The notes under the pieces are model-generated. The model did no database searches, had not been told where the DNA came from, and worked only from the letters and a program-made list of their open reading frames with translations. Shown piece by piece: positions 1-12,801 of a stretch of DNA of 64,000 bases. This DNA comes from Octopus vulgaris (lineage: Eukaryota), in the NCBI GenBank assembly GCA_951406725.2, contig OX597819.1, forward strand, positions 103,168,001 to 103,232,000, given 5' to 3'. The translations under genes and the position numbers were made by a program. Numbering within the stretch: position 1 is the first letter of the stretch; every line of letters starts with the position of its first letter.

Positions 1-322
1 GATCTTGTTTTCAGTCATTGGATAGCAGCTATTCTGGTGCACCAACCGGAAGAGTTTAGTCGAACATACCGACACGAAAACTTTTAAGCCTGGTCTTTAT
101 TCTATCTCTTTTGCTGAACCTAGTTACGGAGGCAAAAACAAGCACCGGTTGCTAAGCGGTGATAGAGGTCACACACACACAGAGACATACTCACACACAC
201 ACACACACACACACACACAAATACACAACACGTACGTACACACACACACACACATGTGTGTTTGTGTTTGTATGTGTGTGTGTGTCTGTGTGTATTCACG
301 CAACGGGCTTCTGCCAAATCCA
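1..322 (-). mobile_element. Degenerate SINE family B copy
   Basis: Reverse complement matches the family B tail and body (tttcagtcatt..., tctttattctatc...gctgaacc..agttacgg) with an internal (CA)n tract. Confidence 0.7.
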
Positions 323-741
323 CAAAGCGCTTTACATCGTTTTAGCTTCGAATGATGTCACCAAGCTGGGTAGATGCGCAATTTAGCATTGCCTCTGATC
401 AGAAAGCTAGTCCGTTGCAGGGTTATCGTCTGTTACAGGGTTAACTACTTACTGCACAGTAGACAGGAGCAACTTGAAACGAAGTATTTTGACATTTCTC
501 TCTTTTTCTCTCTCCCCCTCCCTCCCTCTCTCTCTCTATATATATATATATATGGGTTGGCCAGATTGGAGTAATCTCAAGATTAATCAGCCGAGATTGC
601 GAGGATGTTCTTGTTCTTGACTGAGGATAGAAAGCTTCGAATGACCCGTCCTTGTTTTTTTGTATCGTCTATCTGGATTTTTTGTTGTTCCTTTTTGTAT
701 CACTTAGTTGTCCGGATGTTTTGCGTTCTTGTCTCATTTTG

Positions 742-817
<76 letters not shown>

Positions 818-1057
818 CAAACAGAGTCGTTTGTGCCTCGCCCAGAATGACCAACGACTTTCCGCACTGAGGCTAACTCTAACTTTCTTTGTTTCAGGAT
901 CGATATAATTAAGTACCAGTTGAATACTTTGGTCGCTGTGATCTACTATACCCTATCCCCAAAATTGCTGGCCTGGTTACAAAATTAAAAATAATTATTA
1001 GTAGGACGCTGCCTGAAATGTACATAGATACACAAGTATAATTTGATAAATACATTT

Positions 1058-1102
<45 letters not shown>

Positions 1103-1209
1103 TGTGTGTGTGTGTGTGTGTGTTTCTATTCAGATATAATTCCATGAGAAATACCAACGTAACTAAAGCTAGCAAGTCCAACTCCAATAAAGCCGATACG
1201 TCACCTTCT

Positions 1210-1572
1210 TATTCTCCCTCTCTCTCTCTCATTCTCTCTCTCTCTCTTTCTCTTTTCCTTATACGACACTTCTCACTCTTATTCTTCTAGGCAGTCGTTC
1301 TCTTTGCCACTCAAACATTCTCTTTTCTTCCCTCTCTCTATCTTTCTCTGCATCTCACGCTTCCATCTCTTTATCTCTCCCTCGATCTCTCTTGATCCCT
1401 CTCTCTCTATCACTCGCTCCATCTCACACTCTCTCTCTCTCTTTCCCTCTCTCGCTCTCTCTCTATCTCACTCTCTCTTTCCCTCTCTCTTTCCCTCTCT
1501 CTTTCCCTCTCTCTCCTACACTTACAGAACAACTTTTCCCACTTTCTAAACACGGACACACTCGCACCCTCG

Positions 1573-1610
<38 letters not shown>

Positions 1611-1720
1611 CTGTCTTCCTCCATCTATCTTTCCCTCTTCCTCCCTCTCTTCATCTCTCTCCCTCCATCTCTCTCACTCACTCACTCACTCCCTCTCTCT
1701 CCTCCTCCCTCCCCCTATCC
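1210..1720. repeat. CT/GA-rich polypyrimidine low-complexity tract
   Basis: About 500 bp of degenerate (CT)n and CTCTTTCC repeats. Confidence 0.9.
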
Positions 1721-3145
1721 CTCCCCACAGTTGCACTCTACCTCTCCTATCGCAATGACACCCCTGCTACACAAAAAATTCCTCCCTCACTACTCATACC
1801 TTCCACCACGCACACACACACACACACACATCCCACATATCTCCGCCTGTATTTCTCCCCACCCACACCTCAACCGTTGATAAATAGATAACATCCATCA
1901 AATCTTCGGCAGTAAATAGCGAAAGCAACTAACTGGTTAGTATAAGAAGGACGAGGGCGGTTTGTGTGTCTATGTGTGTGTATGTGTGTGGGTGACTGTA
2001 TGTGTGTATGTGTTTGAGCATATGTGTGTGCATGCATGTGAGTGTGTATGTGCGTATATAAGTGTGTATGGGTATAAGAGAGCATGGAGGTGTGTATGTG
2101 AAAGCGTATGTATGTGTATGTGTGTGCTCATGTATGCGTGCGTATGTGAATGTATGAATATGTATGTGTATATGTGTACAAGCATGTGAGGCTCTGCATG
2201 TGTATGTGCATATGTATATGTATATGTGTGCGTATGTGTGTGCATGCATGCGAGTGTGTATGTGAAAGCGTGTGTATGTGTATGTACATGCGTATGTATG
2301 TGTCTGCGTATGTAAGTGTGTGTATAAATATATATGTATATAAATATTTATGTGAGTGCGAGTGTATGTATGCGTGTGCGTGTGTTTGTGTAAGTGCTGT
2401 GGGTGTAGGGATAGATAAATAAGGGGTTAGAGTGAAATAAAGTAGGGGGAAGAGTGGGAGGTAGAGGCGTAAGGCGAGGCCAGTAGAGGTGAGGTGAGGT
2501 CAGGTAAGGTATTCTCAAGTAATAAGGAGCATAAGGTGTGGGGAAAAGGTGGAGTAGATGTAGATAGAGAAAGGGGGAGAGAGTGAATGGGTGGAGTCAT
2601 CTGGACGCCACACGATGTAGAAAGATCGAATCTCTTGGTCAACTTCTTTATTGTTGTTAGAATTGTTGTGATTATGGGTGTTTTTGTTGTTGTTATTCTT
2701 TATTGGCAATTCAAGAGAAGACGGCGACCGTCTGCTCTGATGAAATGATATGTGCGTTTGTAGAAGGACTGAGTAATATCCTAACTGTAATTTACCATCG
2801 ATAAGCAGTGAGAGAACGAGAGAGAGAGACAGACAAAGGAACATAGAGCGAGTGAGTTATACACATACACACACACATACACACACGCACACGCAGATTG
2901 ACAGAGGGAGTGAGAGAGAGTGGGGAAGAAGGCTCTGTAACTTTTTGGGACTGGACAACTTTTACCATTAATTATTTATCTCAAGATAGGTTTTGCTGCA
3001 GCGAACAAATTACGACCTTTTATAGGTATCACTCTAAAATCCTTTTATTATCTAACAGTATATCACTACATATTCACATATACATATATACGTATATACG
3101 TATATACACTTTCATACTTATACGAACAAATGTTACTGTATGTAC

Positions 3146-3197
<52 letters not shown>

Positions 3198-3524
3198 AGC
3201 ACCAATATATCACAACAGATTACCTGTATATTTATTTACGTTCGAATGACAGAGTTAGGAAAGGCAAGAACAATTTTTTTTTCTTCTTTCAGATTTGTTA
3301 TTGTTTTTCTTTTTTTTTTCTTTTTTGTTAGCCCCTCTGCTGAACTGATTGTTTGTGTTGTGGGTTCAACTCTCAGTTTAAGGATATTATTTCATTTAAG
3401 TAATTCTTTCACCTGCTTTTCTGACTGTAATCATTATCAACAACCAAGACTATAATGGGACTATTTTGCAAAGTATCTTAAGTGCAACTCCAAGACGGAT
3501 TTGGAAATGTGCGGCGGGTGTGTA

Positions 3525-3559
<35 letters not shown>

Positions 3560-3727
3560 ATAATGGTTCTATCCTCAGGAGCAAGCATATTAATGAAAAT
3601 CGATTAGAAAATTCCAAACACCGACCATTAAAACTCGGGTGAAATTTAAGTCAAGAACACAACACCTTAACAACAACTAAGAGATCTAGAGACTAGATGA
3701 AAGTGGATATCTGTTACGCCAATGTTC

Positions 3728-3935
3728 TTTTCTACTCTAGGTGCAAGGCCCGAAATTTTGGTGGAAGGGGCCAGTTGATTAGATCGATCCCAGTACGCGA
3801 CTGGTACTTAATTTATCAACCCCGAAAGGATGAAAGGCAAAGGCGACCTCGGCGGAATTCGAACCCAGAACGTAACGACAGACGAAAAACCGCTAAGCAT
3901 TTCACTCGGCGTGCTATCGATTCTGCCAGCTCGCA
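3728..3935 (-). mobile_element. tRNA-derived SINE family A, monomer with terminal tail Y
   Basis: RC reads gcgagctggcagaatcg (A box) ... gggttcgaattccgccgagg (B box) ... gcctttcatcctttcggg ... gggccttgcacctagagtagaaaagaa. Confidence 0.9.
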
Positions 3936-3969
3936 GCATTCTGTCACACCACTATTGTGCATTTTGTAA

Positions 3970-4363
3970 GGCGGCGAGCTGTCAGAAACGTTAGCACGCC
4001 GGGCGAAATGCGTAGCCGTATTTCGTCTGCCGTTATGTTCTGAGTTCAAATTCCGCCGAGGTCGACTTTGCCTTTCATCCTTTCGGGTCGATAAATTAAG
4101 TACCAGTTACGCACTGGGGTCTATGTAATCGACTTAATCCGTTTGTCTGTCCTTGTTTATCCCCTCTGTGTTTAGCTCCTTGTGGGTAATAAAGAAATAG
4201 GTATTTCGTCTGCCGCTACGTTCCGAGTTCAAATTCCGCCGAGTCGACTTTGCCTTTCATCCTTTTGGGGTCGATAAATTAAGTACTAGTTGCAGTTGGG
4301 GTTAATGTAATCGACTGGCCCTTTCCCAAATATTTCGAGCCTTGTGCCTAGATTAGAGAAGAT
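3970..4363 (+). mobile_element. SINE family A dimer flanked by a 16-bp TSD
   Basis: Head ggcggcgagctgtcagaaacg, then two body units. TSD tattgtgcattttgta (3953-3968) / tactgtgcattttgta (4364-4379). Confidence 0.9.
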
Positions 4364-4481
4364 TACTGTGCATTTTGTATCGTTACTTTATTGCGCTGAA
4401 TCAAAACTTTTGCATTACATGGTGACTTATTTTATTTTATTCTCCACGTTACAACGAAAGCAGCCTCGCATCCAAAGTAAA

Positions 4482-4875
4482 GGCCAGGAGTGGCTGTGTG
4501 GTAAGTACCTTGCTTACCAACCATATAGTTGTGGATACAGTCCCACTGCGTGGCATATTGGGCAAGTGTCTTCTACCATAGCCCTGGCTATAGTTGATTT
4601 GGTAGACGGAAACTGAAAGAAGCCCGTAGTGTATATATATATATATACATACATATGGGATATGTTTGTGTATCTGTGTTTGTCCCCGCGCAACATCGCT
4701 TGACAACCGATGCTGGTACTTTTACGTCCCCGTACCTTAGCGGTTTGACAAAACAGACCGATAGATAAGTACTAGGCTTACAAAGAATAAGTCCTGGTGT
4801 CGATTTGCTCGACTAAAGGCGGTGCTCTAGCATGGCTGCAGTCAAATGACTGAAACAAGTAAAAGAATAAAAGAA
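4482..4875 (+). mobile_element. tRNA-derived SINE family B (CORE-like central segment, internal microsatellite, CR1-like tail)
   Basis: A box tggctgtgtgg, B-box-like segment, ttgggcaagtgtctt, internal (TA)/(TG), tail ggcggtgctctagcatggctgcagtcaaatgactgaaacaagtaaaagaa. Confidence 0.9.
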
Positions 4876-5391
4876 TACTTTCGACCAGGTTTGATCTCCA
4901 ATATATATCTCCTCTAATTTTACCTGAATATGTAACTATTTCTTGCGTGATGGGTTTCTGTGACGCTAACACACTTGACAACAACCAATTAAAATCATAT
5001 ATCCTGTTACCATAATTTTTTGTTTTCGCTTATCTCAACTTTTAGATTCTGTCTGTGTTTGGGGCATAACCTTGAAGGATTTAATCGAACAAATAAACCC
5101 GTGCAATTGCTTTAATTATTGTAATTTGTTCCATCACTCTATTTAATCGCGGCAAAACGGAGACTTAAAGAAAGTTACACCACATGCGAAGCGGCTACAC
5201 AGACGCGCGCGTGTATGTGTGTGGCTTCTGTACAGTTTCCTTTTACAAAATTCGCTCTCAGGGCATTGATCATCTGCTAACCATTGTAGAAGATACTTGC
5301 CCATCGTGTCATACATAATGACAGAAACTGAAACCATATCATTGCTTACGACTAGATACATATAAAGAGATAATATTTTGTAAATATATAA

Positions 5392-6200
5392 GGCAACGAG
5401 CTGGCAGAATCGTAAGCACGCTGGACGAAATGCTTAGCCGTATTTCGTCTGCCGCTACGTTCTGAGTTCAAATTCTGCCGAGGTTGACTTTGCCTTTCAT
5501 CCTTTTGGGGTCGATTAAATAAGTACCAGTTACGCACTGGGGTCGGTGTAATCGACTTAATCCATTTATCTGTCCTTGTTTGTCCCCTCTGTGTTTAGCC
5601 CCTTGTGGGTAGTAAAGAAATAGGTATTTCGCCCGTCGCTACGTTCTGATTTCAAATTCAACCGAAATCGACTTTGCCTTTCATCGTTTCGGAGTTGATA
5701 AAATTTAGTACCAGTGAAACACTGGGGTCGATATAATCAACTAGTCCCCTCTCCACAAATTTCAGGCCTTGTGAAGAAAGGACTCATTAGAATGCCGGGC
5801 AAAATGCTTAACGGTATTTCGCCCGTCTTTATGTTTTATTTCCTCCGAGGTCCACTTTGCCTTTCATCGGTTCAGCGTCGATGGATTTAGTATCAGCCGA
5901 GCACTGGAGGAGATGTAACCGACTTACTTCTTACCCCGACATTGCTTGTCTTGTGATAAAATTTCAAATAAATATTTTGTAATAGTTAAGGCGTTGATCT
6001 GAGAGAAGCGTTAGCACGTCAGGGGAAAATATTTTCCGTTATTTCGCCCGTCTTTACTTTCTGAATTCAAATTCCACCGAGATCAACTCTGCCTTTTTAT
6101 CTTTCGAGGTTGATATAAAAAGTACCAGTTGTGCACTGGTCTTTGATATAACTGACTTAACCCATTTCCCAATCTTGGTTGTTTTTGTGCCTAAGTTGAA
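5392..6200 (+). mobile_element. Cluster of 4 tandem SINE family A units of increasing divergence
   Basis: Repeated tatttcg..gttctga.ttcaaattc..ccgag.tc.actttgcctttcatc units starting near 5440, 5625, 5815 and 6040. Confidence 0.85.
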
Positions 6201-6204
6201 ACTA

Positions 6205-6209
6205 TTATA

Positions 6210-6270
<61 letters not shown>
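6205..6270. repeat. (ATT)n microsatellite
   Basis: Direct reading. Confidence 0.95.
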
Positions 6271-6271
<1 letters not shown>

Positions 6272-7431
6272 AATTGTTTCTGGTGTTGTTATTGAGGCGT
6301 CGAGTTGACAGAATCGTTACCGCACTGGACTAAATGGTTAGCGGCTTTTTTTCCTACATTACATTCTGAGTTCAACTTGTAAAAATCGGAATGGCTATCC
6401 TTAATGGTCCCACCAGTATTATCGCTACCAACATTATCTCTACCGGCATTATCGCTACCAAAAATTAAGCTAAGGAAAGAGGCTGTATAGACCAGCAAGA
6501 CCAGCAAGAAATTAAACCAAATTACCCTTCTTGAAATAATTTATTTATTCATTTTTTAATGATTTTTAGGAAGGATACACTATGCATTTAGAATTTCATA
6601 CTATTCTGTCTAAAGTTATGATTGATGTTCAAGCCTGGGATGCTTTAATCATAGATATTCTTAATTAAGGCTGGTTTGAGTCAAACAACAACATCAGCGC
6701 AACTATCACTCGAAAAGAAAAGGAAAAATAATTTAAATAAAATGTTGAAGAAAAAATTCCACAGCCGAAGAATATATGACCAAATTCTATAAAGCAAACA
6801 CAGCAATAATAGCCATCATCTCTATTCCGGTCAGAGCAATAACAACCGCTTGTATCCTATATACACCACTTAACCCAACATCAGCTCTTATGCAAGTGAC
6901 AGGCTTTTTGATAAAAATATATAATTGGTATTTTATACCAAAGCACCTCCTGCGATCATTCCGTCACAATCATTTTAAACGTCTAGCCCGTTTTATTCAT
7001 TGAGATATTCCCGAATGTAACATCAAGCTTGGACAATAGGTTAAGGGTCTCGGTCCTTTGTCACTGCGAGGCCATAAAGTTCTTGGACTTATCGTTTAAA
7101 GAATCTAGCAACAGTGGCAGCGGTGACAACCGTAGCGATAACTACAGAAGGAGTGTTGGTGAGAGGAGAGTGACAACTCAAAGGGGAAGCAGTAGCAGGG
7201 ACTGAAGTAATAACAGCAACAATAAAAATAATGTAGAGCGGCATTTTGGGCGGCAGTTATATTTTGTAAATATTTGAGGCGTTGATCTGACAGAAGAATA
7301 TACAAAGAATAATGTTATGAGTAACAACAACAATATTAGTAACAGAATCAATTTTAGTAAAAACGTGCCAATAACGAAATCTCTATATGATCGAATAATC
7401 TGCCAGAAATAGACACCAAATCGACACCAAA

Positions 7432-7662
7432 GGCGGCGAGCTAGCAGAAACGTTAGCACGCCGGGCGAAATGCTTAGCAGAATTTCGTGTCTTTACTTTC
7501 TGAGTTCAAATTCCGCAGAGGTCGACTTTGCCTTTCATCTTTTCGGGGTCGATAAATTAAGTACCAATTACGCATTGGGGTCGATGTAATCGAATTAATC
7601 CCTTTGTCTTTCCTTGTTTGTCCCCTCTATGTCTAGCCCGTTGTGGGCAATAAAGAAATAAG
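7432..7662 (+). mobile_element. SINE family A monomer ending in tail X
   Basis: Full head plus one body. Flanked by agaaatagacac(c/g)aaatc on both sides (about 7405 and 7660), consistent with a TSD. Confidence 0.9.
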
Positions 7663-8165
7663 AAATAGACACGAAATCATCTTCCACTCAGTCATCTTAA
7701 AAACGGAAGTGTACGATAGATAATGGAGACCGAGATAGCTGATACCAGTCCGAATTTTGAATGATCAAGGCTACAATGTCTCAGGTCATATGTCCGCTCA
7801 ACTTGGGATGGCGTTGCGCTTAACAAGAACATCAGCATTTACAATATCAAACTCAACGGCATCCAAAACAGAACTGGCATCTATAGTCGCAGCAGTAACA
7901 TCTACACTAATATTAAAATCAGCATCAACAAAACTATGGAGTAAATTATGAACAAAGAAGAAATGTATTTAATTAAAAATATATATAACCATCGTTTTAC
8001 GCCTGTTTTTTCTATGCTACAATGGGTTGGATCAGTTTTCTGGGGCAATTTTTTACGGCCAGATGCCCTTTCTGTCGTAGCCTTTCCAGTTATCTCGTAT
8101 GATATAAAATAACTTTTCCCGAAATCATGGTACATACTCAATATAATCAAGGCCAGTACACATAC

Positions 8166-8250
8166 ATATTTATACATGCATAAAGTTTTAATGATAACGG
8201 TTTCAAATGGGACGAGAGCCTCGGTTCTTGACTTGCTTATTTCATTAGAC
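8166..8250 (-). CDS. Candidate coding exon (SNEISKSRTEALVPFETVIIKTL...), donor position uncertain
   Basis: Minus-strand acceptor ttttattattgcag|G. The open frame is phase-compatible with the candidate exon at 12802-12842. Possible gtatgt donors follow 8166 or 8138. Confidence 0.35.
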
Positions 8251-8629
8251 CTGCAATAATAAAACGTAAAGTAAGTTTCAGAACGACTTGAACTTATAAA
8301 GAGCTTATAGTCATTTAAAGCAATCACATTATCAACCACCTTACAACATTAGTGAAAGAAATTACAATGATGATAAGAGGAAAGGTGGAGAAACAATTCT
8401 GAACAAAAACAACATAAAGAAATACAATGAATTACAAACGCCACAAAAATGATATTTATATGACAAATTTTCATTAGTGAAATGAATACAACAACATTCT
8501 TGTGTACATTGACATTCACCCTCTGCACTTGATTCGACTTCAATACCTAGAGTCTAAGAGACAGCCTCTACGTGGTTGCTTGACTGGGTAGAAATAACAG
8601 CCAAATCATCTTCGATTGACACTATTTTT

Positions 8630-8990
8630 TTATACTTTTATTTGTTTCAGGCATTTGACTGCAGTGATGCAGTGTTTTTGTCGAACAGTTCGACCTCAGG
8701 ACTTATTTTTTAAGCCTAATTATATCGGTCTGTTTCGCTGAACCACTATGTCACGAGGCCGTAAATACACCAGCACTGGAGGTCAAGTGGTGAAGGGTGA
8801 TAAACACAAATACAAAGACACACAGAGAGACATATATATATATATATATATATATACGACGGGCTTCTTTCAGTTTCCGTCTACTAAATCTATTCACTGG
8901 CCCGAGGTTATAGTAGAAGACACTTGCTCAAAGGGGTTGAACCCGGAACGATGTAGTTGGGAAGCAAGCTTCTTACCATAGAGCCATGCC
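8630..8990 (-). mobile_element. SINE family B, diverged
   Basis: Matches RC of family B (gggcttctttcagtttccgtctac, gaagacacttgc). Confidence 0.85.
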
Positions 8991-9521
8991 TAAAAATGAA
9001 ATAATACCTTTTATAATACACTGGTAGATACGCTGTGTTCGTGAAAAGGTGGATTATTCACGACTGCAACATCATCTGATCGCGGACTAAACCACCACAA
9101 CAATAACTCTAGAAATCACCCCCTACAACAACCACAACACCAATATCAATAACATTATCAGCTTGACCCAAAAGCTATCAACGCCTTCATCATAAATATC
9201 AAAACTGCCAACCCCATAACTACCATCAATAATTCAACTTGAGCTAAGAGTACTAAAAACAAAATATATACAAGTGCATGGGTCCTCCCCAGCCTTTCAA
9301 TATATTTTTGCAATATTTTCCCGCCACTACAACTGATAGCAGAACAATGGTTGATGTCACTTGCCTTTGTACGGTGAAATGATGTAAATGCTTAGGTAAC
9401 AGAGGGGTGGCTGAGCGGACTGAGTACAAAGGAGGAAAATGTGTGTGTGTGTGTGTGTGGTGTGTGTGTGTGTGGTTGTGCGGTGGAGTTGCTATGTAGA
9501 CCATAAATGGTAGGATAAATA

Positions 9522-9660
9522 AGAGGAGGAGGAGGAGGAGGAGGAGGAGGAGGAGGAGGAGGAGGAGAGGAGAGGAGAAGGAAGAAGAAGAAGAAGAAGA
9601 AGAAGAAGAAGAAGAAGAAGAAGAAGAAGAAGAAGAAGATGATGATGATGAAGAAGAAGA
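9522..9660. repeat. (GAG)n/(GAA)n purine microsatellite
   Basis: Direct reading. Confidence 0.95.
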
Positions 9661-9749
9661 ATTGGAGCTCAATGTAAAAGAAAAACATGCTTCCCTTAGA
9701 ATTGTTGGTGTTGTACCAGCATTTAAAACAATTATCATTATTTTCAATA

Positions 9750-9935
9750 ATGGTTTCAAATTTTGGCAGAAGGCCAGCAATTTTGGGGTAGGCGAGTAAG
9801 TCGATTAGACAGACTCCAGTGTTCAACTGATACTTATTTCATCGACACTCGGCAGAATTTGAACTCAGAACAGAATGACGTACGAAATGCCGATAAGAAT
9901 TTTGCCCGACGCGCAAACGACTCTGTCAGCTCACC
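9750..9935 (-). mobile_element. SINE family A, diverged, internally deleted
   Basis: tcggcagaatttgaactcagaac ... ctctgtcagctc matches RC of the family A head. Confidence 0.75.
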
Positions 9936-10589
9936 TGACACAAAAACAGAGTATTTGTTAGAGGGTTTAGTTGATTTTATCGAACCCAGTACTTGACTGG
10001 AACTTTATTTTATCGACCTCTAATTGATGAAAAGAGAAATTATACTTGATGCGTTTTGAACGCAGTATAAAGAAACTCAAATACGATAATGCAATTTTTT
10101 CCAACGCTTTATCTAGTTTATCATCGTTATCGCACAAACCATACATCATAATGATGTTTCCTAATAAAGGTACAAGGCGAGAAATTTTGAGAGGAAGGTG
10201 TTACTTAATACTATCAATACAAGAAAAAAATCACTAAAAGTGAACCATTGCAAAAAAAAAAACAAAAAAAAAAGTATTGCTAACGCCTGAATTAGATGGT
10301 CGGAGAAAAAGAATGAAACTAGCTAAGGATAATTCGTTGAAGAAACAGAGTTGATGTGTAAAAATGGAGCAGAGAAATCAATTCTCTTTGCAAGTGTATC
10401 TGTTTATGTTAAAACTGTAGCGACTCTGTCCATAGGCTGTGCTCTATAGAATATGGAGTTGACTGTCAATGGAGCATAAGACCCAGATAGAAAAAATGAC
10501 GCCATCAGTGGGATATGGAAAACAAATCCAAGTCTTTAATGCAGAGTCGCTTCAGTCGAAGAATTTGGTGCCAGGTCTGGTATGAACAT

Positions 10590-11638
10590 CTGTTGACAGA
10601 CTGATGACCGTTCTTGTCCAGGTAAAGCAAGCTGATGGAATTACTACAAGAAACTTTAAAGAACGTTTCACTGGCTTTTCCTGCCTATTCTCATTCAATA
10701 GCAGCCCTTAATTCATCGATTCTTGCTGTTTTTGTACCCTATGATGTATCTTTTAACTATCAACATAAAAAGTCAAAAGTGGTGTGAGACCCCAAGAACG
10801 TGGAGAGTATTCTGCTGAACTTCTTCGTCCAATCCACATCTTCATTAAAACAAACACTTACATTAATATGGGTGTGTGGGAGTTACCCATCTTCCCGGAA
10901 ATGAAACTCTACATCTTCAAAGTCATCTTGAATGCTTGGCGTGAGACATTGTCGCAGCAAGTTCAAATGAGACCTGTCACAGTACCAGGTCCCATTTATT
11001 TGAACGGTTGAATTAGCCGTTTTAATGATAAACCGCATCATATTGTAGATCATAGAAATTCTCTACCATAATATGCAGATTATCAAGTTCTGAGTGGATG
11101 CAATTATGGAAGTTAATTGAGCCGTTTAATTTAAATGTTGTACTTGCAAAGCTCCACTCTTTCGTCCAGATCATTTTCATTGAGTGTGTAGACTTTTGAA
11201 GAAATCTCACTTTTCCAGTGACAGCACTTCAAAATGTAATTGATGCTTGATTTTTTCAGTTCTTCTCTCACTATTAGCTTGCCGTACAGATTTTCTCCAA
11301 ATAAGGAAATATGTTTCTAGTACAGTTTTTTTTTTACCTTGCTGGAGCTTGTCGAAGTCCATCGACTTCTAGAACTTCCTTGTGAACAATATTATCAGTT
11401 CTTTCTATTTCAAACTTATTTCTAGTTCAAGTGACGGCAAGTCGCGTAGGCCAATGTTTTGACACACTTTCCTCAACTGCCTTTATATTTTGGCTGCTTT
11501 TTTAAACTTCCAGTAGCACTATAGGATAATTTTTCTTTGTTCTGCCAGCATTATGTCTAAAGTGTTATATTTCAAATGAAAGGTACATCAAGTGAGTCTT
11601 CAAGTGTTAAAATGACTTTACAGTGTTAGGACACCCTG
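10590..11638 (-). mobile_element. Decayed Tc1/mariner DNA transposon, DD41D (rosa)-like; transposase pseudogene about 10590-11551
   Basis: Terminal TA-CAGGGTGTCC on the minus strand at 11640. Frameshifted translations: MLAEQRKIIL*CYWKF (N-terminal HTH), PTRLAVT*TRNKFE, TFKLNGSINFHNC, FHFREDG*LPH (QQDGAPPH), WIGRRSSAEYSPRSWGLTPL-DFY (WIGR..PPRSPDLTPLDF). Second TIR not recognised. Confidence 0.85.
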
Positions 11639-11666
11639 TATGTGTATGTGTGCACATATAGATGTT

Positions 11667-11720
<54 letters not shown>

Positions 11721-11755
11721 TGTTAAACAAGTAATAAATCTATAGTATAAAGAGG

Positions 11756-11962
11756 GAGGGCTGGCAGAATCGTTAGCACGCCACGCCGGGCAGAATGCTT
11801 TGCAGCATTTCGCCCGTCTTTATGTTCTGTCTTCAAATTCCGCTGAGGTTGACTTTGCCTTTCATTCTTTCGGGATCGATAAATTAAGTTGACCACTAGC
11901 GTCGCTCTAATCGACTTAGACCCTCCCCCGAACTTTGTGGCCTTGTGCCAAAATTTGAAATC
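11756..11962 (+). mobile_element. SINE family A monomer, tail Y
   Basis: gctggcagaatcgttagcacg ... gactttgcctttcattctttcggg ... ggccttgtgccaaaatttgaaa. Confidence 0.85.
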
Positions 11963-12689
11963 AACATTAGATAGAGTACAATATATTTTGTAGTTTACTA
12001 CAAGTATGCGATGATTACATTTCGTTAACTTCATCCTATAACATTATAGACAACTTAAAAAAGATGAAACAAAACAAAATCATCCTGAGTTGGGGGCGGA
12101 TTTGATCCGAAAGAAGAGAATGAAAATGCTGCCAACCATTTTTCATAGCACTCTAACGTTTCTGACATTTTTCTGCCATTAGTATGCTAATAGATGTAGA
12201 AAATAAGAATGAAGAGAGCAAAAATAAATGGTGGTGATGGTGGGCACGAAAATGGTATGGTGTATGCGGTAGTGCCGGTACTGTTAATGCTGATAGTGAT
12301 TATAAGGGTGGAGGTGGCGGCTATAACATTATGTTGACGGTGGGTTTGATGAGATGGTGGTGGTGGTGGAGATGGCGGTGGTGGTAGTGGTGTCGGTGAT
12401 GGTCACAGTGTTGTTGGCGTTGTTTTTGATGATTGTAATGATGGTGACGGTGGGGGTGGGGGGTCGCAGAGATGACGTTGACAGGGACGTGTTGCTGGAG
12501 TAGTGGTTGGGGGATGTTTTGGCTGACTTTGGGATATAGTCGGCGGTGTAGTAGCAGTGGTGGTTGTGGAAGTGGTGGTGGTGGTGTTAGTGTTGGTGGT
12601 GGAAAGGATAAGGATTGTAGTAGCAGTAGTGATCCTGATCCTGATGTGGGAGCTACGGTGGCGGTAGATATAAAAACCGAGGACGGAAA

Positions 12690-12752
12690 GGGAGGAGGAG
12701 GAGGAGAAGGAAGAAGAAGAAGAAGAAGAAGAAGAAGAAGAAGAAGAAGAAG

Positions 12753-12782
<30 letters not shown>
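12690..12782. repeat. (GGA)n-(GAA)n microsatellite
   Basis: Direct reading. Source of the spurious poly-Arg and poly-Leu ORFs. Confidence 0.95.
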
Positions 12783-12783
<1 letters not shown>

Positions 12784-12801
12784 TGAGGATGTCCCACTTA
12801 C

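Noticed and set aside
1868-1945. Minus-strand TACTAAC branch point plus short exon-like DLMDVIYLSTVE
   Set aside because: Weak acceptor (gaag) and weak donor (gtgtgg). It cannot be tied confidently to the other candidate exons.
2700-3520. Unique blocks that might be UTR exons or a C/D snoRNA (ctgatga...ctga)
   Set aside because: Box spacing is too short for a snoRNA, and there is no coherent splice or coding pattern.
3970-4050. tRNA-like A and B boxes in SINE heads
   Set aside because: No complete cloverleaf. They continue into repeat bodies, so they are SINEs rather than tRNA genes.
6418-6462. Three copies of a 15-bp unit attatc(g/t)ctaccnnn
   Set aside because: Short minisatellite without spacers or other support for function.
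8345-8398. Minus-strand 54-nt exon-like segment (ttgttcag|...|gtaagg)
   Set aside because: Pyrimidine-rich, intron-like composition, and stops in the phase needed to join the 12802 exon.
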